A model generated the notes under the pieces. The model was not told where the DNA came from and did not search any database. It saw nothing but the letters and a program-made list of their open reading frames with translations. The translations under genes were made by a program, and so were the position numbers. DNA of 64,000 bases from Lama glama (Eukaryota). The stretch lies in assembly GCA_028534125.1 (NCBI GenBank), contig CM052825.1:930001-994000 (forward strand), given 5' to 3'. Below are positions 24,700 through 36,779 of the stretch, one piece after another. Positions within the stretch are counted from its first letter, which is position 1. Each line of letters begins with the position of its first letter.

Positions 24700-25730
24700 C
24701 TGAGGTCGCACATCATACCCCAGGCTTGTACCTTGATTTTTCGTTTACAACAGACTCCGAAGTCTTCCAGATCAGGACACGGGGAACTTCCACACTCCCT
24801 TTTCATGGCTGTGTGGTACTCCGTCAAACAGGCGATCCACAGTTTATTTAGTTGTTCCCTTAATTATGACATCTTGGTGGTTCCCTTTCTTCTGTTGTTA
24901 TAGCTGATGACACAAGAATGAGCTTGGCACCCCCAATTTCACACGTGACCAGGCGCTTCCATGGCACACATTTCTAGAAGTGGGACGGCTGGGTCTGAGG
25001 ACAAGCAAAATCCAAGTTAAGTACAGAAGGAGCCTCCAGGTGCTCCTCCTGCACCCCCACCAGCCGTGCGCTCCATAGCCTGTCCCCCAAGTCTGGCCAT
25101 CAGACTGAGTGGTGGTTTTGGATTTTGGCATGTGAAGTGGTGTTGCAGCGCCATCTTAACGTGTGTTTTCTCCTATGATGGACGTGTTTTCCTGCGTTTG
25201 CCATTGAGTGTCTTTTTCTGCACTCTCTGCTACTTTCTAATTGGCTTTTCCTTTTCCATTTCTAGGAGCCCTCTGTATGTTAGAAAAATAGTCCTAGTGT
25301 GTACTTCGTGTTCTCTGCTTACAGTGATTTTTGCCTTAAATTGCTTTTATGTGTCTGGATTTTTAATCATGCCTAGAAAAACCTTTTCCCACTCCAAAGT
25401 TTTAAAGGACGTTACGCAAGTATTCTTCAACATTTAAATGTTTTTTAATCTTATTTTTTTTATTGTGGGAATCTATACATAACATGAAATTCACCATTTT
25501 AACCATTTTCAGTGTTTCAGTTCAGGGGCATTAAGTACATTCACGTTGTTGTGAGCCAAGGCCATCCCTTTCCAGATCTTCATCATCATTTCATGGTTTC
25601 TTTTTAAAAATGTTGAATCTTTGATCCATTTGAAGTGTACAGTACTGGGGTGCCGTCCAGATAAACTGTGGGCCCAACGTGGTCTTTTTTCTAAATGGTT
25701 CTCATGTTGTCTCAGTATCACTGATTAAAA
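24700..25730 (-). mobile_element. Old L1 (L1ME/L1MB) fragments
   Basis: AT-rich antisense L1 motifs (catttctagaagtggga, tcaccattttaaccatttt..cagttcaggggcattaagtacattcac). Confidence 0.5.
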
Positions 25731-25740
25731 AGCCCACTTT

Positions 25741-25866
25741 GAGGGAAGAGGATGCGGCCAGCGGCGTGCACGCAGCCCTCGGTTCAACCCCCAGCGCCTC
25801 TGTCCAAATAGGTAAATAGATAGATAGATATGACAAACAAACCAACCAACCTAATTACTTCCCCCC
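25741..25866 (+). mobile_element. Degenerate Vic-1-like SINE
   Basis: ggttcaacccccagcgcctc...aacctaattacttcccccc tail; flanked by aagccca repeats. Confidence 0.65.
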
Positions 25867-25910
25867 ATGGAAGCCCATCTTCATCCTATTTTGTCAAGCT
25901 CATTTAAAAA

Positions 25911-26040
25911 CTTTTATTTTTTATTTGGGGGGAGGTAATTAGATTCATTATTGTCATTTTAATGGAGGTCCTGGGGCTTGAACCCAGGACCTTGTGCGTG
26001 CCAGTCATGCACTCTAACCCTGCGCTGTACTCTCCCCTTC
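25911..26040 (-). mobile_element. Vic-1-like SINE
   Basis: gggggaggtaattag...ggaggtcctggggcttgaacccaggacc; TSD tcaagctcatttaaaa/tcaagcccattttaaa. Confidence 0.8.
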
Positions 26041-27279
26041 AAGCCCATTTTAAAGCTGAGGAAACTAAGGCTCAGAGAGGTGAAATGACATGAACCCTCG
26101 CAAGGTCCTGCTTTCATGGAGTTAATGAGAGCATTTAGACAACGCTCTTAAAGGTTACTGGAGGTTAATCTGAAGAGCCTGCAGTCAAGCTGGGGACACG
26201 AGGACACTGAGGAGAAAGGAAGCTGTCCTGACCACTGTGCTGTCCTGCCGAGAGGGCCGCAGACTGGCAGCGGGACCTCTGCATCTGAGGACAGAGGGCG
26301 TTGGCTTAGAGAAAGGGGAAGCACCTTTCAAACCCCGGCCAGGAGTCCACTCTGAAAACATCCTGGAGAGAAGGGCCGCCGCCGCCACTGCTCATTGTTT
26401 ACCGGCAGCTGTTCCCGCTGCAGCGTCAGCAGGCAGCCCCGTCCCTGGTTGTCCCACAGGGCGAGGGCTCTCAAGAAGAGCAGGGTCGCTCAGGAGGAAG
26501 CCCACGTCCATTGGAGCCAGAAGCTACGGGGAGCCACGTTGGGGTGCCAGCTACAAACAGAAGCCCGGCAAACTCCTCCGTACCTTCTCTCATTTGGTTC
26601 CCAGGATACACCCCCCAGGGCGCCCGAGACCTGTGAACACCCCTGGGCAGGTGCAGCTGTGCCCATGGGAGGCCTGCGTCTCTCCCAGACCCTCCACGAA
26701 TTTCCCCTGCTGTATATTCAGACGTGCAGCCTCCTTGAGGCAGAGCATCATGTCTGAGAGGCATCCAGGCACCATCAAGGGGCTTGGCCTCCCATCCAAG
26801 TGCCGGGGAGCGCGGAGTGGGCCGGGCCGTGTGCCTGGACAGGTCACCTCTCCAGCTCTGTTCTCCATCTGTGCCCGGAGGAGGCTCTGCTCTCCTGGGC
26901 CAGCCCTGACCAGCGTCCTGGGCCTGCCTCTGCTTGATCTGTTTCCCAAAGGCAGCCATCCGCTGGGCCTTAGGTCCATTCCCCAGCAGGGCTGGGATTG
27001 GGGGCGGGTCTTGGAGCCCCTCAACACTCATGCTGTGGGTTGAAGCCATTTGTCACTGTTTTAGATTGTTGCCTTTCTAATAGAAGAGAAATGGTTCTCT
27101 TTACCCATTTCTTGGCCAAAAAGACCCGGGAAATCAAGAGACAGATAGGGGTGTCTGTCAGGAGGGGACGCCAGGCGCCCTTTCCTCATTTGTGGGGCGA
27201 GCCTACCCAGCAGACAGGGAAGTGTATGTGCCCCTGGACACATCGCCTCTCATGATACAACCACGCGGCCCTCCCCAGA

Positions 27280-28500
27280 CGGGGGCTCTGGCTGGGACGG
27301 CGGGGTCTCCGAGGGCTCTGGTGAGTCTGAGAATACGAATACGGGGTCCAGGCAGGAGCCCGGAGAGGGCCGGCTCGAGGGGGAAGTGGGGGTGCTCCGG
27401 CTCGGTTCGACGTATGGGGACGACTGCCGCCACGTGCAGGGAGCAGCGCACGCGGGGTCCAACACCACGCGGCGCCCATCACACTTGAGGTCCAGGGTGC
27501 AGCCTGCTAGCCCGGCACAGGTGGGCGCGGGGGCGGAGCCTCGGGGCGGGGGCGGGGCCGGGGCCGGGGCCGGTGGTGGGCGGGGCGGCGCGCGGCGGCG
27601 GGTGGGCGGGGCGGCGCGCGCGGTGGGCGGGGCGGCGTGACGCGCGCCGACGCCGATCCCGGAAGCGGTGTCAGATGCTGGGGAGCCGGGCGGGCGCGCT
27701 GGCGGCGGGCGGCGGGGGGGACTTGTTGTTCTTCGCGAAGTCGGAGCCCGAGCGCGCGGCGGAGGCGGCGGCCGAAGGGGAGCGCGAGAGTGAGTGCGAG
27801 CGCGAGGAGAGCGCGTGCCCGTGAGGAGCCGCCGCGCGCCCGCGCCCCCCGCGCGACGCCAGGTGAGGAGCGGCCCGGCGGGGCGGGGCAGGGGGCCGGG
27901 GGGCCGGGGGCCCGGGCAGGGGCCGCCCGCCGCTGAGTCACGCCTCGGACCCGCGGCGAAGTTGGGCCGGCCCGCGGGACCCCGGCCCGGCCCGCGCACC
28001 TGCCGTCAGGTGTCCCTCCCCGAGCGCGCCGCGCGGGCTGAGGGCCATCTTTCTGGAGCGGGGGAGCGCAGCCGCGACCCCCGCCCGGCGTCGGGAGGGC
28101 CGAGGGTCGGGTCGGGTGGGGAGCGCGGGCGTTCGGGCGGGCCCGGCGCCCCTGCCCGGCCCGCCCCACCTGTCCTGCCTTTAGGCTCCGGAGATGCGCT
28201 CCGGGGGGAAGCCGGGGCGAAGCGGAGGGCCACGTGCAGGGGAGCGCGTGGTGGCGCAGGCCCACTCGGCCTCGCTCACCTGGGCGCTGCCCGGCTGGGC
28301 CGCGCGGTCCCACCCCGGCAGCCCTCAGGCCGGGCCCCGCGCCGCCCGCGCCCGGGTCCCAGGCGCTCCGAGGGTGCGGGGGGCGAGGAGGAGGGGCCGC
28401 GCCGGCCCGCTCACTTTCTGAGCAGCTGACTTGCCAGGGTTCCCCGGAGGGAGGCCTCGGTGTGGAAGCTTGGGGTGGGGAGGGGACGGCGACCGCGTCA
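27280..28500 (+). promoter_or_regulatory. MAFK: MAFK CpG-island promoter and non-coding exon 1 (ends 27862)
   Basis: Very dense CpG, GC-box array 27540-27637, TGACG and CCGGAAG motifs, donor cag|gtgagg at 27863. Confidence 0.8.
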
Positions 28501-31500
28501 CTTCCCGAACCCAGGGCCCGCGTCTCATCTTTCTGGTGTGTGAGTGTGGGGGTCTCCGTCCTTTCCAGCCCCACTTGCGGGTTCTGCTGGGCTTCTGCCG
28601 AGTTGAGGAAACAGACGGTTTGTCAGTCTGCCTGCTTCCACACACCTTCTCGGGAACCCGGGAGGGCACGGGACGTGTTGGGCTCTGGCCAGGGTCTGCC
28701 TTAGAAAAGCAGATCGCCTTGCCCTCCGCCTCCGTGTCCGTGTCCGTCTCCGTAGTAGTGTTCTCGCTCAGCACGTGTGGTGGAGGCCTTCGCAGAGCAG
28801 CACTTGCCCCGTTCTGCCTGCGGGCCTGGAGCAGCTCGGTGTTGGGTAGCTGGAAGTTCCCTGCTCTGTCTGGTGTTAATGATTACGCTCTGTTTACCTC
28901 CCACACAGCCCTTGTAGCCAAGGCAGAAACAGGATCTTCCATCACCAATTCATTCAGCACTTGATCAGCACTCAGCCCCTCTTGCCACGCCCCTGGCCGG
29001 GGGGGGGGGCTCAGCCCTTGGGTGCCCACAGCAGCAAGTTGTGGCCTATCAGTGGGCGCCCTCAGCCTGGCTCGGCGGCCTGTCTGCCCCCCCACCTTGG
29101 TCGGCAACGATGAGATCTGGCTGTCATAGCAGTTGCTGCACAGGTATCTTGGTGAAGGACAGCTGTGTTCTGGCTCTGGAGCCCAGTCTCCAAGTCTCGT
29201 GTTTTCGGGGGGGTGGTGCTTTTTAAAAAGCATTGGTCTAAGCAGGTGGGAGGGTCTGGGCCGCAGAAAGTGGGCTGTGCAGTGGGTGGGGCGCACCTGC
29301 CACCTGTTGCACTGTGGATAGTTGACACCGTTCTGAGAACTTCCCTCCCTGGGGGCAGCAGGAATGTTTTAGTTAAGCTCTGTAGAGGGTGCCTGCTTTT
29401 ATAACTTAAAGCTGGACCTCTGGTTACTCCAAAATAAATCATTTATTAACTCAGAAACACAAAGCGAGGCTCTTCCCTGGAGTGCTGGGGCAGAGCTGGA
29501 CTTGAAGGGACAGGTTCCAAGTCCAGCGTCACTCCCTTTCAAGGTGGTTGCTAAAAATGGGAGCTGAATCGAGGCTACTTGGGGAAGTCAGCTCCGGGCT
29601 CGCGGCGTTCCAGCCCTTTCTCCAGCGCCCAGGCAGAGGCTGCCCCGAGTGCAGTCCTTTTCCGGCCCTTCTTTGTCCGCGCGCGACGTGCTTTCACTGT
29701 CGGGCTCTGCCGCAGCCGGAGAGTTTGTTTACAGCCCGGGCAGCCTGGAGTTCCTGCCCGTGCCCGGGCTGTTCCCGAGTCTAAAGGTTTCTGGAGTGGA
29801 CTTTCTGGATTTAGGGTCCAGTCCACACGGGAAATAGAGCCCCGGCCAGCGGGGAGCGTCCTCTGGTAGCTGCGCCTCGGAGCAGTAAACAGTGACTCAC
29901 CCTCCCCTCTGCTCCCCGCCCCCCTGTGCTCTGCTAATGGGAGCTGCATTGCTCCGGTGTTTACTTTTGCTTTTTATAAGTCGCGGACTCGTCATGTTTC
30001 CTCTTTCTTACCGTTTCAGGAAATTGAAAGTGTCATCTTAAAATCCTAGGATTTTAGAGCAGGTAGAAATGAACCTCACAGTCTGGGCTCACGTGCACAC
30101 ACACCCCATTTTACAGGAGGAAACTGAGCCCTGAGCTCCTCACCTGCCTGTGGGGCGGGGTCCCAGATCCGGCGCTGGCCCAGCGCCCCACCGGCTTTTC
30201 TGTGCTGTCTTGGGGCCTTAGGCTGGGGGGCCGAGAGGAGTTGGGAGACCCCTGCAGGCACAGTGCTAATACATCTGCGTATGCAGTCAGGAGTTGGGGG
30301 GAGCAGGTGTAGGTAAGAAAGGCCCCTGCTCCCCATCGAGTGAGGGAGACAGGAAGGCCAGGGCCAGGTCTTGGGCTCTGCCCTTGTGTGCTCAGGAGGG
30401 CGCCCCCGGCCCGCCACAGGGCGGGCATATGGGGGGCTTTCCGGTGAAGCAGGGGTTGGGGGAGAGGAGAGCAGGGGATAGCTGGAGAAGAGTGAGGGTG
30501 CCTGACCCAGGTGGGGGGACTTGCGGAAGCTAGGAGTAGAGGCCCGGCCTGGCAACAGGTGGCCAGGAGAGTGGGGGGCTCCCTCTGCTTGCTTGGCGGA
30601 GGGGGCTGCATTTGAGGAACAGAGATGCGGGGGTCCTGGCCGAGGTGGTGCTGTAGGTCTGGGGCACCTGCAGGGGACTCAGGCTGAGGTGGCTCATGGG
30701 CGCGGAGGGAGAGGCCAGGCGGGAGGGCCGTCAGCCAAGCTAGGGGCACGGGAGGCGGGCAGGTGTGGGGAGGGCGCATCTCTGGGGCCCCTGCAGACTC
30801 AGGTTTTCCTGACTGGACAGGGAGGTGGGGCTGGTTGGAGCCCCGGAGTGCACAGAACCCTGAGGAGGACCCCCAGGGGCGGAGCGAGAGGCGCAGAGGG
30901 CCAGCCCGAAGCTGGGTGGTAGGACCCAAGGGTGGTCAGGGTGTGGCGGGGGTGGGGTGGCGTTCAGCCTGCTGTCAGCTTGGCAGCTGCCTGAGTCACC
31001 TCTGGACGTAGCCAGGATGACACAGCTTCCTCAGACTGCAAGTGCAAGGTGACCAGACGTCCTCCCAGCCGGGCAGACAGTCATGTCTTGCCGAAGGGCG
31101 GCCAGCCAGGGCCGGCCTGCAGGCTGGGTGAGGGCTGAGCTGGCAGGGTGTCCCCCAGTGTAGGGGAGCTGGGGTGGGCTGTCAGCGCCTGGTCGGGAGG
31201 TGGGCAGGGCAGTGGGAGCACTCCTGGTTCTGGGACCTGTCTTCAGCTTGTCGACGTGTGCTTGTTTGTCAGACAGGCGCCTGCTGTGCGGCCAGCCAGA
31301 GGGGCGCTTGCCTTTGGGTCCCTGGCCCCTGGGTCCCTGGCGAGAGGCCCTAGAGCAGAGGCAGCTGCATCATGGTGGCTCTGGCTTTGGGGTTTGCTGC
31401 TCTGCTGCAACAGTGGGAACCTGCACCTCCAGGCTGGACCCCTGCCCTTCGTCCTCCCCCCACCCCCAGATCTGATGTTCTCGAGGCCTGGGAATGGGAG

Positions 31501-34500
31501 GGACGGTCTGTCCACCTTCACTGGGCTGAGAGGGGCCGGCGGGGAGCAGCAGCTGCCCCACCCTACACCTGTTCCGCCAGGCGTCGGAGGCAGCATCTCC
31601 CGCTCAGGCTCAGGGCTAGGCTAGCAGGCAAGAGCCTGAAGCTTGAAAGCCTCCTTTGCTCCTGGGTAACTTAAACCTGGCACTGTTTGGGTTGGATCAT
31701 TACTCCGTCAGCCACCTGGTTCCTTGATGGAGAAAACGTCCCACGGGCCCTGAACCCTGGCCCAGCCCAGCGAGGGCCAGAGCATGCCGGGCCGGCCAGG
31801 GCAGTGAGCTGGCCCCGAGCTGGGTCACAGCGGCCGCTGAGCACCAGGTGCTTGTGAGGGTGGGAAGGTGAAAAGTGAGCGGAGGGGTCCGCGGTCCCGG
31901 CTCCCCTGCCTGCTGGAGGGCACCTGCCCTGGCCCTTACGGGTGCGGCAGCGGATGGGGGATGCCCTGGCTCCCAAACTCACACCAAACTCTGCGGTTGC
32001 GGGAGCTGCCTCTGTCTGGGCTGCCACGGTGTCCTTTTCTTAGAGAGGAAGTGATCTTCCGTGTTCACCTTGCTCAGCTGTACGTCAGAATGAAGTTCCT
32101 GGTTTGGGGTTGGAAACCAACGTCTCCAGTTGGGAAGACAGTCGTTCCAGATTGGAGGTGCTGGTGTCCAGCTCTCCGAGCAGCGGCTCCTTCTGGGCAG
32201 GGAGCGGGGCGAGCGAGAAGGCAGCCCTGCCGCCTGGGCTCGCAGGCCACTGGGCCCCTTGGGTCACTTCACCCAGACAAACCTGTGGGCGCAGGCCCCC
32301 TGCACGTGGTGCTTCCAGGCTCTGATGGTCGACGGCCGGGACAGGATGCCCAGGTGTCCTCGCGTGAGGCTGCTGGGAAGGGGTGTGGGGCTACCGGTCA
32401 CTGGTGCAGCAGAGCCGGATCGAGGAGGGTGCACCCAGGTGGGAGGGGAAGCTGGCTGCCCGGGGTGCCCCAGCCTGGCCTGACCCTGACGGTGCCAGGC
32501 TGGCCTCTGACCCCAGCTGGGTTTCGGCCGAGCCTTAGAGAGCTGTCCTCCCAACGTGAGCGCTGCTGGCCTGGGATTGCCTCATGCCCTGTGGTTTACA
32601 GACTCTTCGGGGCAGTCGTTTCAAAATCGGTTGTTCCGCAGACTCTCCTTCATACCTAGAAACTCTTCACTGAACATCTTTCCGAAATCAAATCGTCGTT
32701 TTTCTGAAGTTTGGGGTGACTTGAGGTCAAGCCTACATGCGTTCCGGGTATTTCAGGTGGAAGTAAGTAGCGGAGCCGCCCCTTCTGCGTCCTGAGCTCA
32801 CAGCAGCCGGGCTCTCTGCCCCGGCCCGCGGGCGACTTTCCAGTAGAGCAGGCCCCTGAGGGGGGCGGCTGCTGAGGTCTGATCGCCTGCGGCAGGGCGT
32901 CTGTAGATGAGCAGGGCCTGGGGACAGTGTCTGCTTCTGCCTGGGACCTCCCCACCTTCCCTCGGGCTCTCTGGTTCAGTGGAAGGAGTGCCAGGGTCCC
33001 AAGCCCTGGAGGTTGAGAGTGGAGCCCCCACCCGGGCCGGAGTCTCGCCTGGGGCCACCTTCTCTGCCCAGCCGAGGCCCTCTGGGGGCTGACAGCAGTG
33101 GCGCCCTTGTTCCCATTCCCTGTTTCTCAGGAGAGAAGAGAAGCCCCACACAGAGGGGGTCTGCCTGGTCATTCCCAGCCTGATCTCGAGACGCTGCTGC
33201 CGCTCAGCCCGGCTCTGCGGTTACGGCACTCTCGCCTTCAGTGCTGGAACCGGCCACTGAGACAGAAGGTCTGAGATCTCAGGAGACGCTCCCTGAGGTC
33301 AGGCCCAGATGGACCTGGTTGGGCTGCTCTTTCCCGTCTCCCCCAGACTCCTGGCCTGTTGGTCCTGGGCCCCAGGAGCCCAGGTGGGGGACATGGCCAG
33401 AGGGTCTGCCCAGGCGACTTTGACCTGGTGGATGAGGACCCCTGATCCTCCTGGGGCCTGCGCTGAGGGCAGGGGCCCGGGCCTGTGGAGGGCTGAGGCC
33501 CAGTCCTGTGTGCAGCCTGGCGCCTGGGCGCCCCACCACGCCACGCCAGGGCGGGCTCGTCCCCAGGGGAGGCGTCCCTGCCCTTAACGTGCCCCGGGCC
33601 CTGGCAGGCCAGTGCATCCATCAGTGAGGGTCTGCTGGAGTCAGTGGAGGCCCCTCCTTTGCCCTCTGGTTCCCATCGGGTGGGGGCTGGTCCACTGGGT
33701 GGGCGGGGCCTTGGTCTGTGGGAATGTGAGCCCAGCTCTGTAAACAGCTGGTGACTCACCGCGCAGCTATGCCCTGGCTGCTGGGAGTGATAGCAGCCCC
33801 TCCTCGCTCGACGTGGAGAAGTTTCTCATGGCCCTCCCTCCCGGTGGCTTCTCCAGCCCAGCTTTGACCTCCACGTCGGGGTTGGGCCAGGCCTGGAGGG
33901 CACTCGTTTGGGCTCCCCCGATGCTAGGGGTCAAGCCATGGTGAGGAAGCATCTCTTACCTCCCTGCAGGGTGGCCCCTGGCTGCTGCGCGCTTGTTCCA
34001 GGCATATGTGTGACCACGCAAGGGGTGGGGGGGGCCTGGGTCTCCTGGAGGCTGTCCAGCCCCACTGCCGCCCTGTGCTCCCACACCAGCGCCCGGGAGG
34101 GAGAGCGGCTGTGTTGCCAAGAGGGCTGGGGGTCCACAGGCCTGGGTGCTGGTACCCTCGGAATCTGCAGCCTTCGGTGGAGAAGGGTGGGTGGGCTGTG
34201 GGTGAGGGTCCTGGGGCTGCAGGTGAAGGCTGCCCCCACCCAGGTCTCCAACACCCCTGAGTTGGAGGCTTTGCCAGGGCTCCGTCTCTGGCCTGAGACC
34301 CTTCCTTGGATGTTTCTCTGCTCAGTTCACCCCGTCTGGCATTTGGAACGTGGTGAGCAGGCCTCGGTCTGTACGCCAGCCACACAATGCACCCGGGAGT
34401 CTGAGGCCCGTTCTCCTCTGTCCCTTCCCTGGCTGCGGGCACAGGGGCCTGCTCACTGCCCCACAGCCTGCTGTCTGCCCAGCCTGCCCGAAGCCATTGT

Positions 34501-35548
34501 TGCTGTGGGCTTCTCTGTTTCCATGACGACCATCAGGGGTTGGCTACTTCCCAAGGTCGCCATGGCAACTATCAGAGGGGAATCATGCTTGGGATGCTTT
34601 GGCTGGCTTTTTCGTGAATGATTAGAATGTGTGACACAATGCAGACGCGAAAATGAGAAGGGCGGGCGGCGGGGGCTGGCGGGTGGCGGGGACAGCTCCC
34701 GCCAGACGGTCGGTGAGCTCCAGAGGCTGCGGCTCCCACCTCCCGTGTCCTGGGCGGGCTGGCTGGCTGGCTGGCGCAGGGATCCCCCGCCCACCCTCTG
34801 GGCCTCAGGTCATGGCTGTGGGGCAGCCGAGGTGGAGGCAGTGATGTCACAGCTGCAGTGCCCTTGGCCGAGGTAGGTCTGCTGGGGAGGGTGGGGCCTG
34901 GCTCCCCCGCCTGTCATCGAGGTGAGCTCAGCAAGGCAGGGGCTCCCCAACGGGCACTTTGCTGTCTGGGAGCCAGGTGGGCCCAGAGTGATGGGGTCTG
35001 GCCAGGGCAGGTGCTGTCCGTGGGGCCAGTGGCACCGGGGGCTAGGTGTGGCCACTCTCGGGAGGGGGCTGTACCCTGGAACGTGGCATCCTGTCCCTCA
35101 CAGGTGCACACGTCTGAGCTCAGGGTGAGAGTCAGAACAGGAAGCAACAGCTGCTCATGCCCAGTGGCAGCCCAGGGCGCTGGTCCTTGGGGCCTGGCCT
35201 GGCGGGCGGAGGACAGCTGTGTGGCTGCTGGGCACCAGACCAGGGTGACCAGGCCGCTCCGCCGGCCGATACTGGAGTCCAGGGTGTGGCCGGGCATCCC
35301 CTGGGCCCCCTTGGCAGAGATTCAGGCCCATCCAGGTGCCCTAGCTTTCGGGGTGCTGGCTACACAACGTGGCATGGGGAGGTGAGCCTCCTCGGAGCAG
35401 CTCTGCGGGGGAACGTCCCTGCCTTGGGTCACTTGTGACGGCAGCTTGCCCTGTACCCAGCCAGGACCTAACCAGGCTCGTTTTTGTGCTTTGTAATTTC
35501 TAGTCACCATTTCCAAGCCGTTCTGTCCAGGTGACTTGTGCCCAGGTT

Positions 35549-35584
35549 ATGACGACTAATCCCAAAGCGAACAAGGCGTTGAAG
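35549..35584 (+). CDS. MAFK: MAFK coding exon 1 (exon probably starts at 35504)
   Basis: ATG at 35549; acceptor tttctag| at 35503; donor gtaagc. Confidence 0.92.
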
Positions 35585-36779
35585 GTAAGCGTGGTGGGGC
35601 GGGCAGACCACCCGGGAGGGACCCCTTCTGGCCCAGGGGCCCTTGCCCCAGAGCCGCCCTCAGAGTGTGAGGAAGGAAGCTTGTCACCAGGAGTGGGGAG
35701 GGGGCTGCTGGCTGGAGGAGGTGTCTCTAGGAGAAGTGGTGACAGAGCCAGGGGCTGTGGCCTCTGGAGACGCTCTGACGTCCAGAGGGTGGGGTGGGGG
35801 GACGCGTGCCGGCCAGGCTGTGCTCCCAGGTGTGGGCAGTGTGGCCTCTGGTCCCGCAGAGCCCTGGTGGGATGCACGTGGGCAGGGCGCTCCAGTTCCC
35901 GGGGCCTGGCTCTGTCAGTCCGCAGCACAGGCTGCCTCCCTGGGCCCTTAGCTCCTGGGGCTGGCATGTGTCCTTGGACTGGCCATGTCACAGAGCAGAG
36001 CTGGGGCTGGCTGCAGTTGGGGCTCTCTCAGTGCATTTGTGGGCTCTGCACCTCTAAGCGCCTTCCAAGGCCCCTGGCTGGACCCTGACAGGTCTGAGGG
36101 GCATGGGGGCATGGGTTGCCATCAGCCCCATGTCACGCACCGGGCTCTGGAGAGTTGCAGAGGGCAGCTTGGGCAACCAGGTCATGGCCAGGTGTAGCCA
36201 GTGGCCCCTTGGGGAACGCCGTGCTGCACCATGCGTGGTGGCGGTGGATCCCACAGCGACCGCCCGTCCCCTGGTGGTGGAGGGCAGGCCAGCCTGGACT
36301 GCAGGGGGCAGCCAGGCTCCTGACCCAGCGCTGTGGCCCCGCAGGTCAAGAAGGAGGCGGGTGAGAACGCCCCGGTGCTCAGCGACGATGAGCTGGTGTC
36401 CATGTCGGTGCGGGAGCTGAACCAGCACCTGCGGGGCCTCACCAAGGAAGAGGTGGTGCGCCTGAAGCAGCGCCGGCGCACACTCAAGAACCGCGGCTAC
36501 GCCGCCAGCTGCCGCATCAAGCGCGTGACACAGAAGGAGGAGCTGGAGCGGCAGCGCGTGGAGCTGCAGCAGGAGGTGGAGAAGCTGGCACGTGAGAACA
36601 GCAGCATGAGGCTGGAGCTGGACGCCCTGCGCTCCAAGTACGAGGCCCTGCAGACCTTCGCCCGCACAGTGGCCCGTGGCCCCGTCACACCCACCAAGGT
36701 GGCTACCACCAGCGTCATCACCATCGTCAAGTCCGCTGAGCTCTCCTCCACCTCCGCGCCCTTCTCCGCCGCCTCCTAG
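35549..36779 (+). CDS. MAFK: Small MAF bZIP transcription factor MafK (156 aa; exons 35549-35584 and 36345-36779)
   Basis: [12 protein letters not shown]|[26 protein letters not shown]...[18 protein letters not shown] + leucine zipper...PFSAAS*; donor aag|gtaagc, acceptor gcag|. Confidence 0.98.
36345..36779 (+). CDS. MAFK: MAFK coding exon 2 (extended homology region + bZIP)
   Basis: Part of ORF 36333..36779; TAG at 36777-36779. Confidence 0.97.
   Translation, partial: VKKEAGENAPVLSDDELVSMSVRELNQHLRGLTKEEVVRLKQRRRTLKNRGYAASCRIKRVTQKEELERQRVELQQEVEKLARENSSMRLELDALRSKYEALQTFARTVARGPVTPTKVATTSVITIVKSAELSSTSAPFSAAS

Noticed and set aside
27250-28704. Long overlapping ORFs in the MAFK CpG island
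   Set aside because: Arg/Pro/Gly/Ala repeats arising from CpG-island composition.
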